Of a stretch of 64,000 bases of DNA, positions 41,000 through 54,295 are shown one piece after another. A model generated the notes under the pieces. That model saw only the letters and a program-made list of their open reading frames with translations. It made no database searches and was not told the DNA's origin. Numbering within the stretch: the first letter of the stretch is position 1; each line of letters starts with the position of its first letter. The DNA is from Octopus vulgaris (taxonomy: Eukaryota): positions 103,912,001 through 103,976,000 of the forward strand of contig OX597818.1 in NCBI GenBank assembly GCA_951406725.2. The letters are read 5' to 3'. A program made the position numbers and the translations under genes.

Positions 41000-41620
41000 C
41001 TTTTGAATATTGAAATAAATATCTTCAATATAATACATAAAGTTAATATGGTGAATCGGGTGGTTTCCATTGTGAACATATTCTCCATTTCTCTTGTCAA
41101 ATAACCGAAAACAAGAATTCTGTTAGGGGAACAATACGCACATTAACATTATGTGGAGGAAGTAGGTTATTACCAACTGTGTTTAGTAATATAATCATTC
41201 AGCTGTAACTGTCATCGGAACCGATTTTTTCCCATCTATGAATGCCGTTGAGAATAACAGAAGAGAATGAATTTAGGAATATCTATGCACTAGCCAATAT
41301 GTAATCCATTGAAATCCATTAAAGGAGTATAAATATGGAATTATGAATAGCATCACGCAGTTGTTTTGCTTACATTTATGATGAGATAATAGCTTTGCAT
41401 ATTTATCTCCTAGATACATGCATAACCAAATCTATTCAAACATATTCCTAACACAATCAGAGATATCTAAATAATAAATAAATGCTTTATATTGCCCAGT
41501 TCTAAAACGTCTCCAACTTTCGAAATTTATTCCACGATTTGGAATATTTCCATACTACTTTCTCAATGCATGCAAGATATTTTAGAACTGATTTTGAAAC
41601 CTGATCTGTTTCCCTAAACT
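41000..41620 (-). pseudogene. Possible very old non-LTR RT remnant
   Basis: Minus fragments LRDAIHNS, GNNLLP..IVPLTEFL and INFMYYIEDI occur in the order of RT motifs AFDSV.HS, QGDSLSP..PL and HL.YMDD; weak. Confidence 0.25.
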
Positions 41621-42419
41621 TCTTGGCTAGACATAGCTGTTGTCATTAACAGAATGTTTCTTCTGTCGGCTTTCCAGTAGAAGACCTGGGCCCCATAGAT
41701 ATCAGTTAATAAACTAAAACAGTACTGCTTAAAAATCTTGCGATAACATTCGGATGATAACTACTGTACCACGAGAATCAAAATCGTTTTACAAAGACAT
41801 TTTGGAGCTGAAAGGGGCACTGTCCAACTCCTCGCACCCCGCATGAGATCAATGGTGTCGTTTCAGAATCAATTTTTTATCTCGAATAGGTGCACATTTT
41901 ATACTACGGAACATTGGAAAATAATGTTCTGTATTTGAAGGACTGGGCCTAATGATTACTTCGATGACATCTAAGTGTTCACAACGAGTTTTATATGAGG
42001 ACGCACTGATACTTAAGAAAATGCAACCCGGAAAATTACATCAATCCCCATTGAACATAAGTATTAATGAACAGCTGTAGGTAATTGAAGATATGATTTG
42101 TATCTCATTACTTTCATTTGCATACAACATGTAGAGTGGTAATAATGCTTCCGTCAAACTGGATAATCCCAACACTTAGAAACGTAAGCATCATGAAAAG
42201 TGGTAATCCTCTGCGTTGTACTTGGATGTGTTACAGTATATTATATTATGTTGTATACGGAAATTTTCTATGTAACCATACTTTTGATGTTCTCGTCAGC
42301 TTATCAGAAATATGAATTCTATTATGGAAAAATACACATACTAATATCGTTTTGAGACAGAATGCAAACAATTATGTGGTATATAGAGATGTGTCTGTCT
42401 GTATAACTACATGTATGCA

Positions 42420-42575
42420 TAAGGCAAAAACCTAGCTGTGTGGTAAGTAGTTTGTTTCCCAACCACGAAGCTCCGAGTTCAGTCTTCAGTCCCACCCCGT
42501 AGTACCTTGGACAAGTGACTCCTACTACAGCCTTGGGGAACCGAAAGGCTTGTGAGGAGACATTTTTATTTCGAA
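42420..42575 (+). mobile_element. SINE family A 5' half
   Basis: gctgtgtggtaagtag..cccaaccac..ccttggacaagtg. Confidence 0.75.
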
Positions 42576-42647
42576 TTGAAAGAATCATGCCGTGTATACA
42601 TATGTGTGTGTGCGCGCGTGTGTGTGTTTGAGAGAGAGAGAGTTTGT

Positions 42648-42698
<51 letters not shown>

Positions 42699-43285
42699 CG
42701 AGTGTGAATGTGTGTGTGCGAGTGTGTCTATCTCAGTATATGTAACAACTTGATACAGTTTTTCCTATCTCTACAGTGAACAGAATGCATTTCAGAATAT
42801 CGAGGCATTAGGGAATACATAATACGGTGCGATGAAATAAAAGGGACATATTTCGAATAAATATAAGCGTCACACGGCAATTGCGTGCAAATATAAGATA
42901 AAATAGGAACCTGTCAACGAACTAATTGCCAACGAACTAATTGTTGATTTGTTACAAACATCTGCCTCCAACACCCAACTCAGCTTTCGTTCCTTTGTGT
43001 CATAAGACTTACGCTCTGCTTCTGAAAACATTACGTTCCTATTTCCTGTTAAAGAAATGTGTAATGTATTCCCTCGCTCCCAGCTCATCTGTTACGATTC
43101 ATTTTTTTTTTTTTTTGCTTTCTAATTCTAATCTGTTTTACTTTATCTTTTATCCTTTCCTACCTTGGGATGGAGATAATCTGCTGATCCGTCACTTCGC
43201 AATGGTTAAAAACATTCTTCTTCTTCTTCTTCTTCTTCTTCTTCTTCTTCTTCTTCTTCTTCTTCTTCTTCTTCTTCTTCTTCTT

Positions 43286-44385
<1,100 letters not shown>

Positions 44386-44456
44386 GAATAATGACAATTA
44401 TAATAATGATAATAATAATATTAAAAATAAAATAATAATAATAATGTTATTATTAC

Positions 44457-44498
<42 letters not shown>

Positions 44499-44574
44499 CC
44501 TCATCATCATTATTATTATTATTATCATTATCATTCTTCTTCTTCTTATTTTTATTATTATTATTATTATTATT

Positions 44575-46168
44575 CAGTAGTTTTATTTTTATAGCGTGCT
44601 TTCACTTCACTACCGAGCACAGCTCTGTGTGCCTTGGGTATGTGCTGTGATTTGTTGTGATGCTCTGATGGCTATTGTATGGAAAGTGTTCTGCGTAGGA
44701 TGTGTGCAGTGCCTAGTCGTGCAATTTTCTGTATGTTATATGTGTTTGTAAGTCCCGGTGTTTTTGTTATGTATTTGTCTGAATATTTTTTTATCATGCC
44801 TAATGCACCTACTATGATAGGAATTGTTTCTGTTTTCAGATTCCTAGTTACCTCTATTCTAGTTACCTCTATTCCCAGGTCTTTGTATTTTGAGAGTTTC
44901 TCCATTTCTTTTAGAGACACGTTGTCATCAGCCGGTATTGATACATCAATTAGAAAGCATTTTTTTTTCTTCATGATCTCTGACAACTATATCTGGTCTG
45001 TTGGCCTTAATTTCTCTATCTGTGTGTATCGGCATATCCCAGAGTATGGTTGCTTTCTCGTTTTCTGTGACCTTTTCTGGTGTGTGCCTATACCATCTTT
45101 TTTCTGTTGTTATTCCATAATGTTGGCATAGCTTCCAATGTATGTAGGTTCCAACTCTGTCATGTCTGTGAATATATTCCTTCTTAGCCAGGACTGGGCA
45201 GCTAGAGATAATATGATTTATTGTTTCTTGTCCATCTCCACATATTCTGCAGTTACTTGTAATATTTCTTTTCATTACATGTTTTTGGTAATTTCTGGTG
45301 GGAGGCTTTGGTCTTGTGCTGCAATTAAAAATCCCTCTGTTTCTGCTTTGAGTCCTGAGCTTCTCAACCATTGCTGGGATTTTTCTTTGTCTATTTCTTT
45401 TGCGTTTAGTTTAGTCCAGTATTTACCATGAAGGGGCTTTTCTTGCCATTGTTTTATCATGGTTCGTTGCTGTTCTATTTTTAGTTTGGATTTCATTTGT
45501 TTTATAGCTTTTGTTGTTTCTTCATCTTCTTCTTCTTCTTCATGTTTATTAGGTGGTATGATTTCTTGTTTGTATTTGTCAGCTTCCTTAAATACTGAGA
45601 ACAGTTTTTTGTTTTGCTCGTGTTTTGCCGCTATCTGGATCAGTTTTCCTTCCTTCTGAAGTAGATATTTTTGCAGTCCTATGGTGGTTATTTTATAGTA
45701 GTTTTCCAGCTGGATAAGGCCTCTACCACCTTCTATACGTTGTATATATAGTCTTTCTATGTCAGATTTTGGGTGATGCATCCTAGATCCTGTCATTATT
45801 TTTCTTGTTTTCCTATCTATGTTGGTCAGTTCATTTCGTGTCCAGTTAAGGATATTGTAGCTGTAACTTATAACTGGGACAGCTAAAGTGTTGATACCTA
45901 TTATCTTGTTTTTAGCATTGAGCTCTGTGTTTAGTATTGATCTAACTCGTCTATAATATTCTTTTTTTATTTTCTCTTTCATTTGTGTGTGCTGTGTCTT
46001 ATCTAGTTCATGGATTCCTAAGTATTTGTAAGTTTGGCTTTGGTCTAATTCTTTTATTTCATTGGTTTTATCTAGTGTGATGTTGTTACTCTTAACTAGT
46101 TTTCCTCTTTCAGGGTTACTTTGGCGCATTTTTTATTCTGATCCAAATTTCATATCTATTTCTTTGGT
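44575..46168 (-). mobile_element. 5'-truncated R4/Dong-clade non-LTR retrotransposon (RT C-terminus, CCHC knuckle, restriction-like endonuclease) inserted in (TAA)n
   Basis: YKYLGI, HHPKSDIERLY..GGRGL, CRICGDGQETINHIISSC, RHD, RPDIV, IDVSIP..K..KY; two frameshifts; (TAA)n on both sides. Confidence 0.93.
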
Positions 46169-46243
46169 ATTATTATTATTGTTATTATTATTATCATTAT
46201 CATTATTATTATACCTATTTATTAATAATAATAATAATCTTAA

Positions 46244-46303
<60 letters not shown>

Positions 46304-46380
46304 GATTATTATTATTGTTGTTGTTGTTGCTGCTGCTGTTATGAAAACGATGGGCTAGCAAAAGCGTTACCCGACAGGAC

Positions 46381-46498
46381 ACGTGATATTTGAATTATGG
46401 CGAAAGGATAGACAGTCTGAGTCAGATAGTTACTCATTAATTGAATTCTTGTATATATATTCAAACTTCTTTTGCATGCGAGCAAAAGTTTAAAAATT
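46381..46498 (+). repeat. Dispersed direct repeat of about 118 bp, copy 1
   Basis: Close match to 48676-48790. Confidence 0.9.
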
Positions 46499-46634
46499 GC
46501 CTGTCATCCTTTTTCACGTCGATAAAATGAGTAACAGCATGGCGTTGGGATCGACATCGCAGACCTATAGTAGAAAGTTCTTTTATTATTATCATCATCA
46601 TTATTATTAACATCATCATCATTATTATTATTAT

Positions 46635-46690
<56 letters not shown>

Positions 46691-46879
46691 CGTGTAGTAG
46701 TACTAGTTGGAGGAGGAGGAGGGGGGCCGCGGTAGTTGCTGTGTTCAATATGTGTCATCACGAAGATTGGCGATTTATTGCCATGTGACCCAGAATCACT
46801 CACCAACACTATCAAAGAAATATATACCTTTATATGTGTGTGTGTATGTGCGTGCATGTGAGCATATTTGTATGTGCCG

Positions 46880-46899
46880 ACAGATAGATAGACAGACAA

Positions 46900-46976
<77 letters not shown>
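46880..46976. repeat. (GATA)n microsatellite; another lies at 60580-60676
   Basis: Direct reading. Confidence 0.95.
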
Positions 46977-47635
46977 GAGGCATGGGAAACTTTTCCCACA
47001 TGCCCATCTTAATGATTCCATCTACACCTATAAAGCTTTTCTAAATTTAAGTATTCTTCTGATATAAACGACGGTTTGGCACTTTTGAAATCCCAATAGT
47101 TTACTGCGCATTTTAATTAGAATTAAGTACCGTTGTACATGTTTTGTGTTCTAAAATACATCAATCTTCATGAGCTTGATATTAAATTGACTTTAATCTG
47201 TAGTTGAATATAAACTCTGATTCATAGATAATATCTAGATAATTTATCTGCGTTTTCTAATTATTTGTTTTATAGCATACTGAAGGCATAACGATTACCC
47301 TGTTGTATCGAGATAATATGAATAATTATCGATATACTTATTGTTTCCATGGAGAGCGAGTGGTAGACTAAGTAAGGTTTTAAACGAAAAAATTCTCGGT
47401 GGGTTTAGCAGAATTCGTTTATTTTGAGCGCTCTTATTCCTGAATTTACTTTTCATTCAGTCAGGGCAAATGTCATAATTATCTGTCAAATAACGCCGAA
47501 TAAATCGATTGATACTTTTCCCCCAAAAATAACCTGATTTAAGCTTAAGTTACAAATATATATTACCATTAGTATCGATGTTTCAAAAGATTGATTTGTA
47601 GATTACTAGATATCTTTAACTTTTATCGTTCATCT

Positions 47636-47760
47636 TTATCTTACTTGTGTTAGCCATTTTGATTGCGGCCATGCTGGGACACCGTCTTGGAGTGTTTTTA
47701 ATCGAACAAATAGACCCCAGGACTTCTTTTCTTTTTTAAATAGTGTTGGTACTGTTGCTG

Positions 47761-47792
<32 letters not shown>

Positions 47793-47995
47793 AGACAAGT
47801 ACAGCTAGAAAGACAGGAACATGCACACATAGATTGATATATCACGGGCTACTTTCAGTTTCCGTCTACGAAATCCACACGCAAGGCTTTGATCGGCCCA
47901 AGGTTTTAGTACCAGATACTCGCCCCAAGGTGCCACATTATGAGACTTAACCCAGAACCATGTGGTTGGAAAGCAAGCTTTCTACTACACAGCCG
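47636..47995 (-). mobile_element. SINE family A, decayed
   Basis: tttcagtttccgtctac..aaggctttgatcggccc..aaccatgtggttgg. Confidence 0.85.
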
Positions 47996-48420
47996 TCATC
48001 TGAAATTAATACTTCAGCAGATTGGTGAATTGAAAATCTGAGCTTTCATATATGAATATTCTCGAACAGGTAAATGATTATTATATTCTTAAATATTTAT
48101 ACTACTAGCTAACCACGTGCCGTGAATAATGACGGCTAATTGTAGTGTTTTATATATAAATGTGTTATAATCACACATACGGACATACATATACTTCATT
48201 TGTGCACGCACACACACACACACACACACAGAAAGTTGAAACACTGATTTTTTCACTCCTTCTTTCCTTATTTATGTTTCACCCCATCCTTTCTCTCATT
48301 GTTAGTACTATCTCTCACGCAGGGCTTTTACTCTCACTACTTCTCCTTCACTGAATTACTATTCCTTCTCCTCCTCCGCGTCCGGCGTGATTCTGGACAA
48401 ATATATGCATATGAATATAC

Positions 48421-48455
<35 letters not shown>

Positions 48456-48517
48456 AAAGTATGTTTGTATAATATATATATATATATATACATACAGACA
48501 TGCAAATATATAAATGT

Positions 48518-48571
<54 letters not shown>

Positions 48572-48675
48572 TATGCATACATACATACAAATATATAAAA
48601 GTACATTATGATTATATTAGGAGATATTCCTTCGTTTTACATCTGCAAATATATGTCACGTTCCCTGTCGAGCTA

Positions 48676-48790
48676 CGTGATATTTGAAATATGACGAAAG
48701 GATAGACAGTCTGAGTCAATAGTTACTCATTAATTGAACTTGTATATATATTCAAAAACTTCTTTTGATGCGAGCAAAAGTTTAAAAATT
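48676..48790 (+). repeat. Dispersed direct repeat of about 118 bp, copy 2
   Basis: Close match to 46381-46498. Confidence 0.9.
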
Positions 48791-49088
48791 TGCAATCTCT
48801 TTTGTAATATACTATTGAAAGTGAAATCCCCAGATAATGTTTGGGCACAAAATATAGAATTTATCTGAAGAACATCTTAATCATACGAAATACGGCAGAA
48901 ATTAATTTATTATTTAATTTAAACCTTCGATTAAAATAGATATATTGGCATTTTATAAAGTTGTTGCTACATAAGTTACTTGTGTTGTATAACAATGAAA
49001 GAGTATTCGACTTTCATCATCACGAATCTTGTAATCCTTAACAAGACATACGTTTCGGAGGTAAATTTTAGTGAGGAGGATTATTTAT

Positions 49089-49175
<87 letters not shown>

Positions 49176-49908
49176 GACTTCATTCTTTGATTTCCTTTCC
49201 TCTACTTAACTTGTCTCTTCCTCTCTCTCATTCTTTACTCTCTCTCTCCCCCTCTCCATTCTTCATGGTTTCCTCGCAGCCATTCCCCTTCTTCTCTCCC
49301 TTTCTCTTGCTCCTCCTCCCCCCTTCCCGTCGTTCACCCGCGACGAGACTTCCGCTGCTGTCTCTCTGGCCTGGCCCTCTCAAGTTAATGGACGACATTC
49401 TTTTTGCTCCGCTCGTCGTTCATAAAAAATTCCGCGTTCGCAATACTTTTTTTCGTTCGGCGTTAACAGCCCTTCTTATCTTGTTTTTCCTTGTCCTGTC
49501 TTTTACTGTTTATAATTTGTACTGTCGTTACTGTCCTGTTTTTGTTACCATTTTTTTACCCCTCTGCGAAAAGATCTCAGAATTTTAATTGATTTGCTTT
49601 TCGCAGGAAGGAAAGTTTCTTGTCGAAGATACGTCTCGCTTTTATCCTTCGAAACGTAGAGTAGATGAAACCATAGCGACTGAAGAAGGTTTTTTTTCTT
49701 TGTTTTCTTTGTGTTAATTGTCCTGTACTCTATTTTTTTGCTGTTTTTAAAAAAATGTCCAGTTCCTTTGGTTTGTGTCTATGTTTTCGTTTCTCATTGT
49801 GTTCGACGTCCTTTTGGTGTCCTGTACTCATATATGCGTGTATATGTACATGTAGAGGTAGTTACGTACATATATGTTTATATATATGCATATGTTTTAT
49901 TTTATTTA

Positions 49909-49912
<4 letters not shown>
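49176..49912 (+). mobile_element. (TA)n-flanked non-coding element with pyrimidine tract and rearranged hammerhead-like motif
   Basis: Sharp (TA)n boundaries; composition resembles the PLE 3' UTRs in this window; family unassigned. Confidence 0.6.
49558..49689 (+). ncRNA. Candidate non-circularly permuted hammerhead ribozyme
   Basis: GAAGGA(49607-12)/TCCTTC(49645-50); TACGT(49630-34)/ACGTA(49654-58); GTC site 49633-35; TCGCT(49636-40)/AGCGA(49675-79); CTGAAGA 49680-86; GAAA 49651-54. Confidence 0.65.
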
Positions 49913-49943
<31 letters not shown>

Positions 49944-50631
49944 ACTGGGTTTAATAACTTCATAACATTACAGCAGTTTGCCAAGAGAAGGAGGAAATAA
50001 CGTATATTGATATGCATGACTCAATCATAACGCCATAATGCTACTTCCAACAACATACAAACATATTAGACACATACATGTAGTGTTTAGATTAATTTAA
50101 ATGTATAAACTATTCTCAGATTAGTGTGTGCGTGTGTGCGTAAAAGGAAACGATGCGTATAATTTAATGAAGACAAGGGACCAACAACTTATATTTGAAG
50201 AGGGATATTTCAAGGCACGGTTCCTCAAGTAGGTTGCATGACACTGGAGTATAATTTTCTGCTTTATGTGTTTATATCCGCTAATGGCCGTAAAGAAACA
50301 AGTGGAATCTTGTAAGTTCCATCATAGAAATAAACGCATCTTCTTTCTCCTTTTGATGTCAATACTATGCTTTCAACTGTTTTTATCCCGTTTTTTTTTT
50401 ATATTAAACGGTATTTTACAAAAATCTATGCGGATGCTTGTATATACGCACACGGTCTAAAACACGCAGACACACAGACACACACACTAATACATATATA
50501 CATAAATTAATAATTCAGTAGTGAACATGGTAAAAACAGTAGGATAGTTTCTAGCGTAACCGTTGGTTGTATGGAAAGTGGCGATGAATCGGTAGTTCAG
50601 CGATAAAACATTTATAAATCAACGTATGAGG

Positions 50632-50931
50632 CAGTAATCCCTCGACTATTGCGGGTGTAACGTTCCAAAAATCCCCAATTTAGGTGAAAATCCTTGAATT
50701 AGAAACAGTCCTATATTACTCTTTACTCTTTACACTTTTACTTGTTTCAGTCATTTGACTGCGGCCATGCTGGAGCACCGCCTTTAGTCGAGCAAATCGA
50801 CCCCGGGACTTATTCTTTGTAAGCTCAGTACTTATTCTATCGACCACTTTTGCCGAACCGTGACGTGGACGTAAACACACCAGCATCGGTTGTCAAGCAA
50901 TGCTAGAGGGACAAACACAGACACACAAGCA

Positions 50932-51010
<79 letters not shown>

Positions 51011-51304
51011 GACAGGCTTCTTTCAGTTTCCGTCTACCAAATCCACTCGCAAGGCATTGGTCGGCCCGGGGCTATAGCAGAAGACACTTGCCCAAGATGC
51101 CACGCAGTGGGACTGAACCCGGAACCATGTGGTTGGTTAGCAAGCTACTTACCACACAGCCACTCCTGCGCCTATATTGTATTTTAAAAATTATTTTTAT
51201 AATTTGTATATATTTATTTTATTACGAATTCAAAACAACACAAAACAAAACAAATTCAAAAGAACACCGTGATAGGTGAAGCGCGATATGGCGAGAGGTT
51301 ACTG
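50632..51304. mobile_element. Tigger/pogo-like MITE interrupted by a SINE
   Basis: TIRs cagtaatccctcgactattgcg ... cgcgatatggcgagaggttactg followed by TA. Confidence 0.75.
50718..51172 (-). mobile_element. SINE family A, young full-length copy with TATATT target-site duplication
   Basis: TATATT at 50712-50717 and 51173-51178. Confidence 0.95.
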
Positions 51305-51637
51305 TATATGGTTTGTCCCGAAGCGAACTCATGCAGAGAGTTCCTATACAATACAACTCCGTTCTAGAGCAACAAACTTGGTTATAACGCGATAATGAAA
51401 TCTATACATGCCAAGGAATGGAAGTCGAGTAGCACGGCTGTTTCAAAAGCAAATCAGTTGCAGCTGATGCAAGAGTTCGCGGACCGTTTTAAGCATAACA
51501 GATGTATGTGACTGATGGTACCGTAGACTGAACGGCTACAACACATTTGTTATGCAACGTAAGATGCATCCGATGTCTATTTGAAACAGTTGTAGTACTC
51601 GACTACCTTTCCATTGAATTCTCTTTTCAGATGTCTG

Positions 51638-51689
<52 letters not shown>

Positions 51690-51691
<2 letters not shown>

Positions 51692-52088
51692 CTTCGGTTC
51701 CGTCATTTGACTGTGGCCATACTGGGGCACCGTATTTTAGGCATTTGGTTGAACTGTCGACAGCATGACTGATTTTTTTAAAGCCTAGTACTTATTCTAT
51801 CGTATTATTTTCTCGGACCGCTAAGGTACAGGGGCCTAAACACACTACCACTGGTTGTCAAGCGGTGATGGGGAGGCAAGCACAGCCACAAAGACACACA
51901 CTCATATACATGTGTGTGTTTATGCGACGGACGTCTTTCAGTTTTCGTCTACCAAATCCACTCACAAGGCTTTGGTCACCCTGTGGTTATGCTAGAAGAA
52001 ACTTGCCCAAAGTGCCAAGCTATGGGATTGAATACCGGAACCATGTGTTTGAGAAGCAAGCTTCTTACCACAGAGGCATTACTCGGCT
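51690..52088 (-). mobile_element. SINE family A, decayed
   Basis: Similar to 50718-51172. Confidence 0.85.
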
Positions 52089-52114
52089 TATATATATATA
52101 TACATATTTCAATA

Positions 52115-52309
52115 TGTGACCAGCTGTGATTCGTTGGCGATTTTCTTTCTCCGTCTCCCTTCTTTGGACATTTTCTATATTTTTGATGAAGTGCTCGGCT
52201 CGAAACGTAAAATCCTCTTTATTTTGTTTCATTTCATGAGCATCCAATAATAAAATACTTGTTCCATGTCCTCGCGTTGGTGTTTTTTCTTGTTTGTTCT
52301 TGTTTGGAT

Positions 52310-52313
<4 letters not shown>
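52115..52313 (+). mobile_element. (TA)n-flanked PLE-type 3' end with HHR-like motif at 52179-52213
   Basis: Homologous to 2996-3212; attt-TTGATGA-a-gtgc tcg gctc-GAAACGTA-aaat. Confidence 0.75.
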
Positions 52314-52348
<35 letters not shown>

Positions 52349-52349
52349 C

Positions 52350-53040
52350 ATCCATATAAGCACGCGTCTCGATGCAAGGTGACACATGTCTCGAGGTGTG
52401 CTGTAGACTTTCTATTTTGGATATATTTGGGGTACTTAAGTGTACACATGATTTTGTGTCTACTTGTTCCATGGGTGCAAGTATCTCATTTATTTCTTAG
52501 TGCAATGACCGCTGATAATGAGAAAATTCTTTATGAATTATTTCAGGAATCGGAGCTGATTCGGTTATAATGGAATTTTTTAGGAAGTTTCTGTCGGCTT
52601 GCTTCGTGACGCGCACTTATAATAGTGAATTATATGTGGTTATTGACGATTTAAGTCTATTTTCGGCATATTTATGTTGACGAGGAAAGTTAGAGTCTAG
52701 TATTTAAAGAAGGATTTAACTAAGTTCTTAATTTTAATTGAGAAGTTGGGTGTGTACTACAGATTAGACCGTCCGCCGCTTTTTTAGTCTGTCTAGAAGT
52801 AGTGCTATCTATATTTTTCGAGAAAGGAACGCTAAATATATTTTTGGACAATGGAGGTGGGTGGCAAGGCCTGTTGTTACCTGATTTAGTTCTTTGGGAT
52901 TTTGACCTAGTGTTAAATTCATGTGTGGAAGTCTAGTTTGTCTAGGTGTGAGATGTGTTTTATTCGTTGTGAAAAGCCGCTAGCGGCGAGTGCTTGGTGC
53001 GTGATTATTGAAAGTTTCCTCCGTGGAAGAGAGGTCGGAT
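52350..53040 (-). pseudogene. Decayed PLE ORF fragment (Naiad-like post-RT region)
   Basis: SDLSSTEETFNNHAP..QALAASGFSQRIK and YTPNFSIKIKNLVKSFF..LDSNFPRQHKY resemble RIS.LSS..E.F..AP.Y..AL..SG and WFNPPFS..F..LD..FP..HK; (TA)n flanks. Confidence 0.55.
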
Positions 53041-53084
53041 ATATATATATATATAAACTGTAAAGGTCAAACTTACATACATAG

Positions 53085-53137
<53 letters not shown>

Positions 53138-53145
53138 TACACGTA

Positions 53146-53510
53146 GTGGAGGCGCAAGGGCCGCGAAACGCGGTCAAAGGTTCACGGTTTCAATTCCCAG
53201 ACCGCGCATTGTGAGTGTTTATTTTGCAAAAATACCTAAAGTTCGATGAGGCTCACGCAGGGAGTGCTGACGAACTCTGCTGTACTCATTCACCACAACT
53301 TTCTTACTCTTTCTTCTAGTTTCTTTTGTCCTTGTATTTGAAAGGGCCAGCCTTGTCAAACCCTGTGTCACGCTGAATCTCCCCGAGAACTACGTTAAGG
53401 TTACACGTGCCTGTGGTGTGCACATCCACTTGCACATTTATTTCAGGGGCAGGCTGTTCCGTTCATCGGACCAAATGGATCCCTCGTCATCATATCCGAC
53501 GATGTGCCAC
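53146..53510 (+). mobile_element. tRNA-derived SINE family C
   Basis: gtggaggcgc head, ggtttcaattccc B-box-like, GC-richer body. Confidence 0.65.
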
Positions 53511-53745
53511 ATATATATAAATTTCATAATTAACTTATAAGTAGGCATAACAGACCAGAAATTTATCGTTGTTATTGTTTGCTGGCTACTTCCATTATTG
53601 TTGTTGTTGTTGTAATTATCATGTGTTTCTTTTACTGCTAATGATAATAGTAGTAATATCTGTATAAGCATCCATATAAATATTTATTTGCATATTTAAA
53701 TATATATATATATAAATATATTAATATATATAACTATTTTAATTT

Positions 53746-53939
53746 AACAATTGCAGCGTGGAGGGTGTTTATAAGCCATTTAAGAAACACACAAATACCG
53801 CTAGATTCACTTCAACATTTAAATTTAATTTGTCAAAATATTTTCGTCGCTTTGTGACCGTGACCTGTTCACTGACCAAATTCTGTGATGCAGCACGGAA
53901 TTTTGTCAGCTTATAAACACCTTCCACGCTGCAATTGTT
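53746..53939. repeat. Asymmetric palindrome with HHR-like motif (53829-53879, -), G3-C8 core variant
   Basis: 31-bp outer IR aacaattgcagcgtggagggtgtttataagc; inner palindrome centred near 53890; gtca-GTGAACA-g-gtcac..gcgac-GAAAATATTT-tgac. Confidence 0.75.
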
Positions 53940-54059
53940 TTCGTTCCACCACATGATCTCAGGTCAGGTCTCTAGGTATGCAAGTACATCTCCGTAATAT
54001 CTAAATTTAACTATTTTAAAATGTTTCAGCCGCAAGCTGCGTCATACTGGAGCACCACC

Positions 54060-54295
54060 GTTGACTGAGCTACACCATCACTTGAAACCTCCTCTGATAT
54101 GAGGCATTTGGTCAATGAGGGAGTTTGATGCTGCTGCCCTCATCTGTGTTTCCTGCCAAGAGTTGGGCTCGTCGAGAATCCGTAATAGGAAGAGATCCAG
54201 ATTTCATTTAAAGTCACTTACTTCCACACCATGCAAGTGTCTCGGGTATTTTGGAAGTATTTTAAAGAGCTGTGGGCCGTCTAACATGAGTGGAA
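54060..54295 (-). mobile_element. CR1/L2-type LINE 3' end
   Basis: GPQLFKILPKYPRHLHGVEVSDFK*NLDLFLLRILDEP..RAAASNSLIDQ. Confidence 0.7.

Noticed and set aside
43165-43215. gatgga..tccgtc..ttcgc considered as an HDV-like ribozyme
   Set aside because: Helix order does not fit the HDV double pseudoknot
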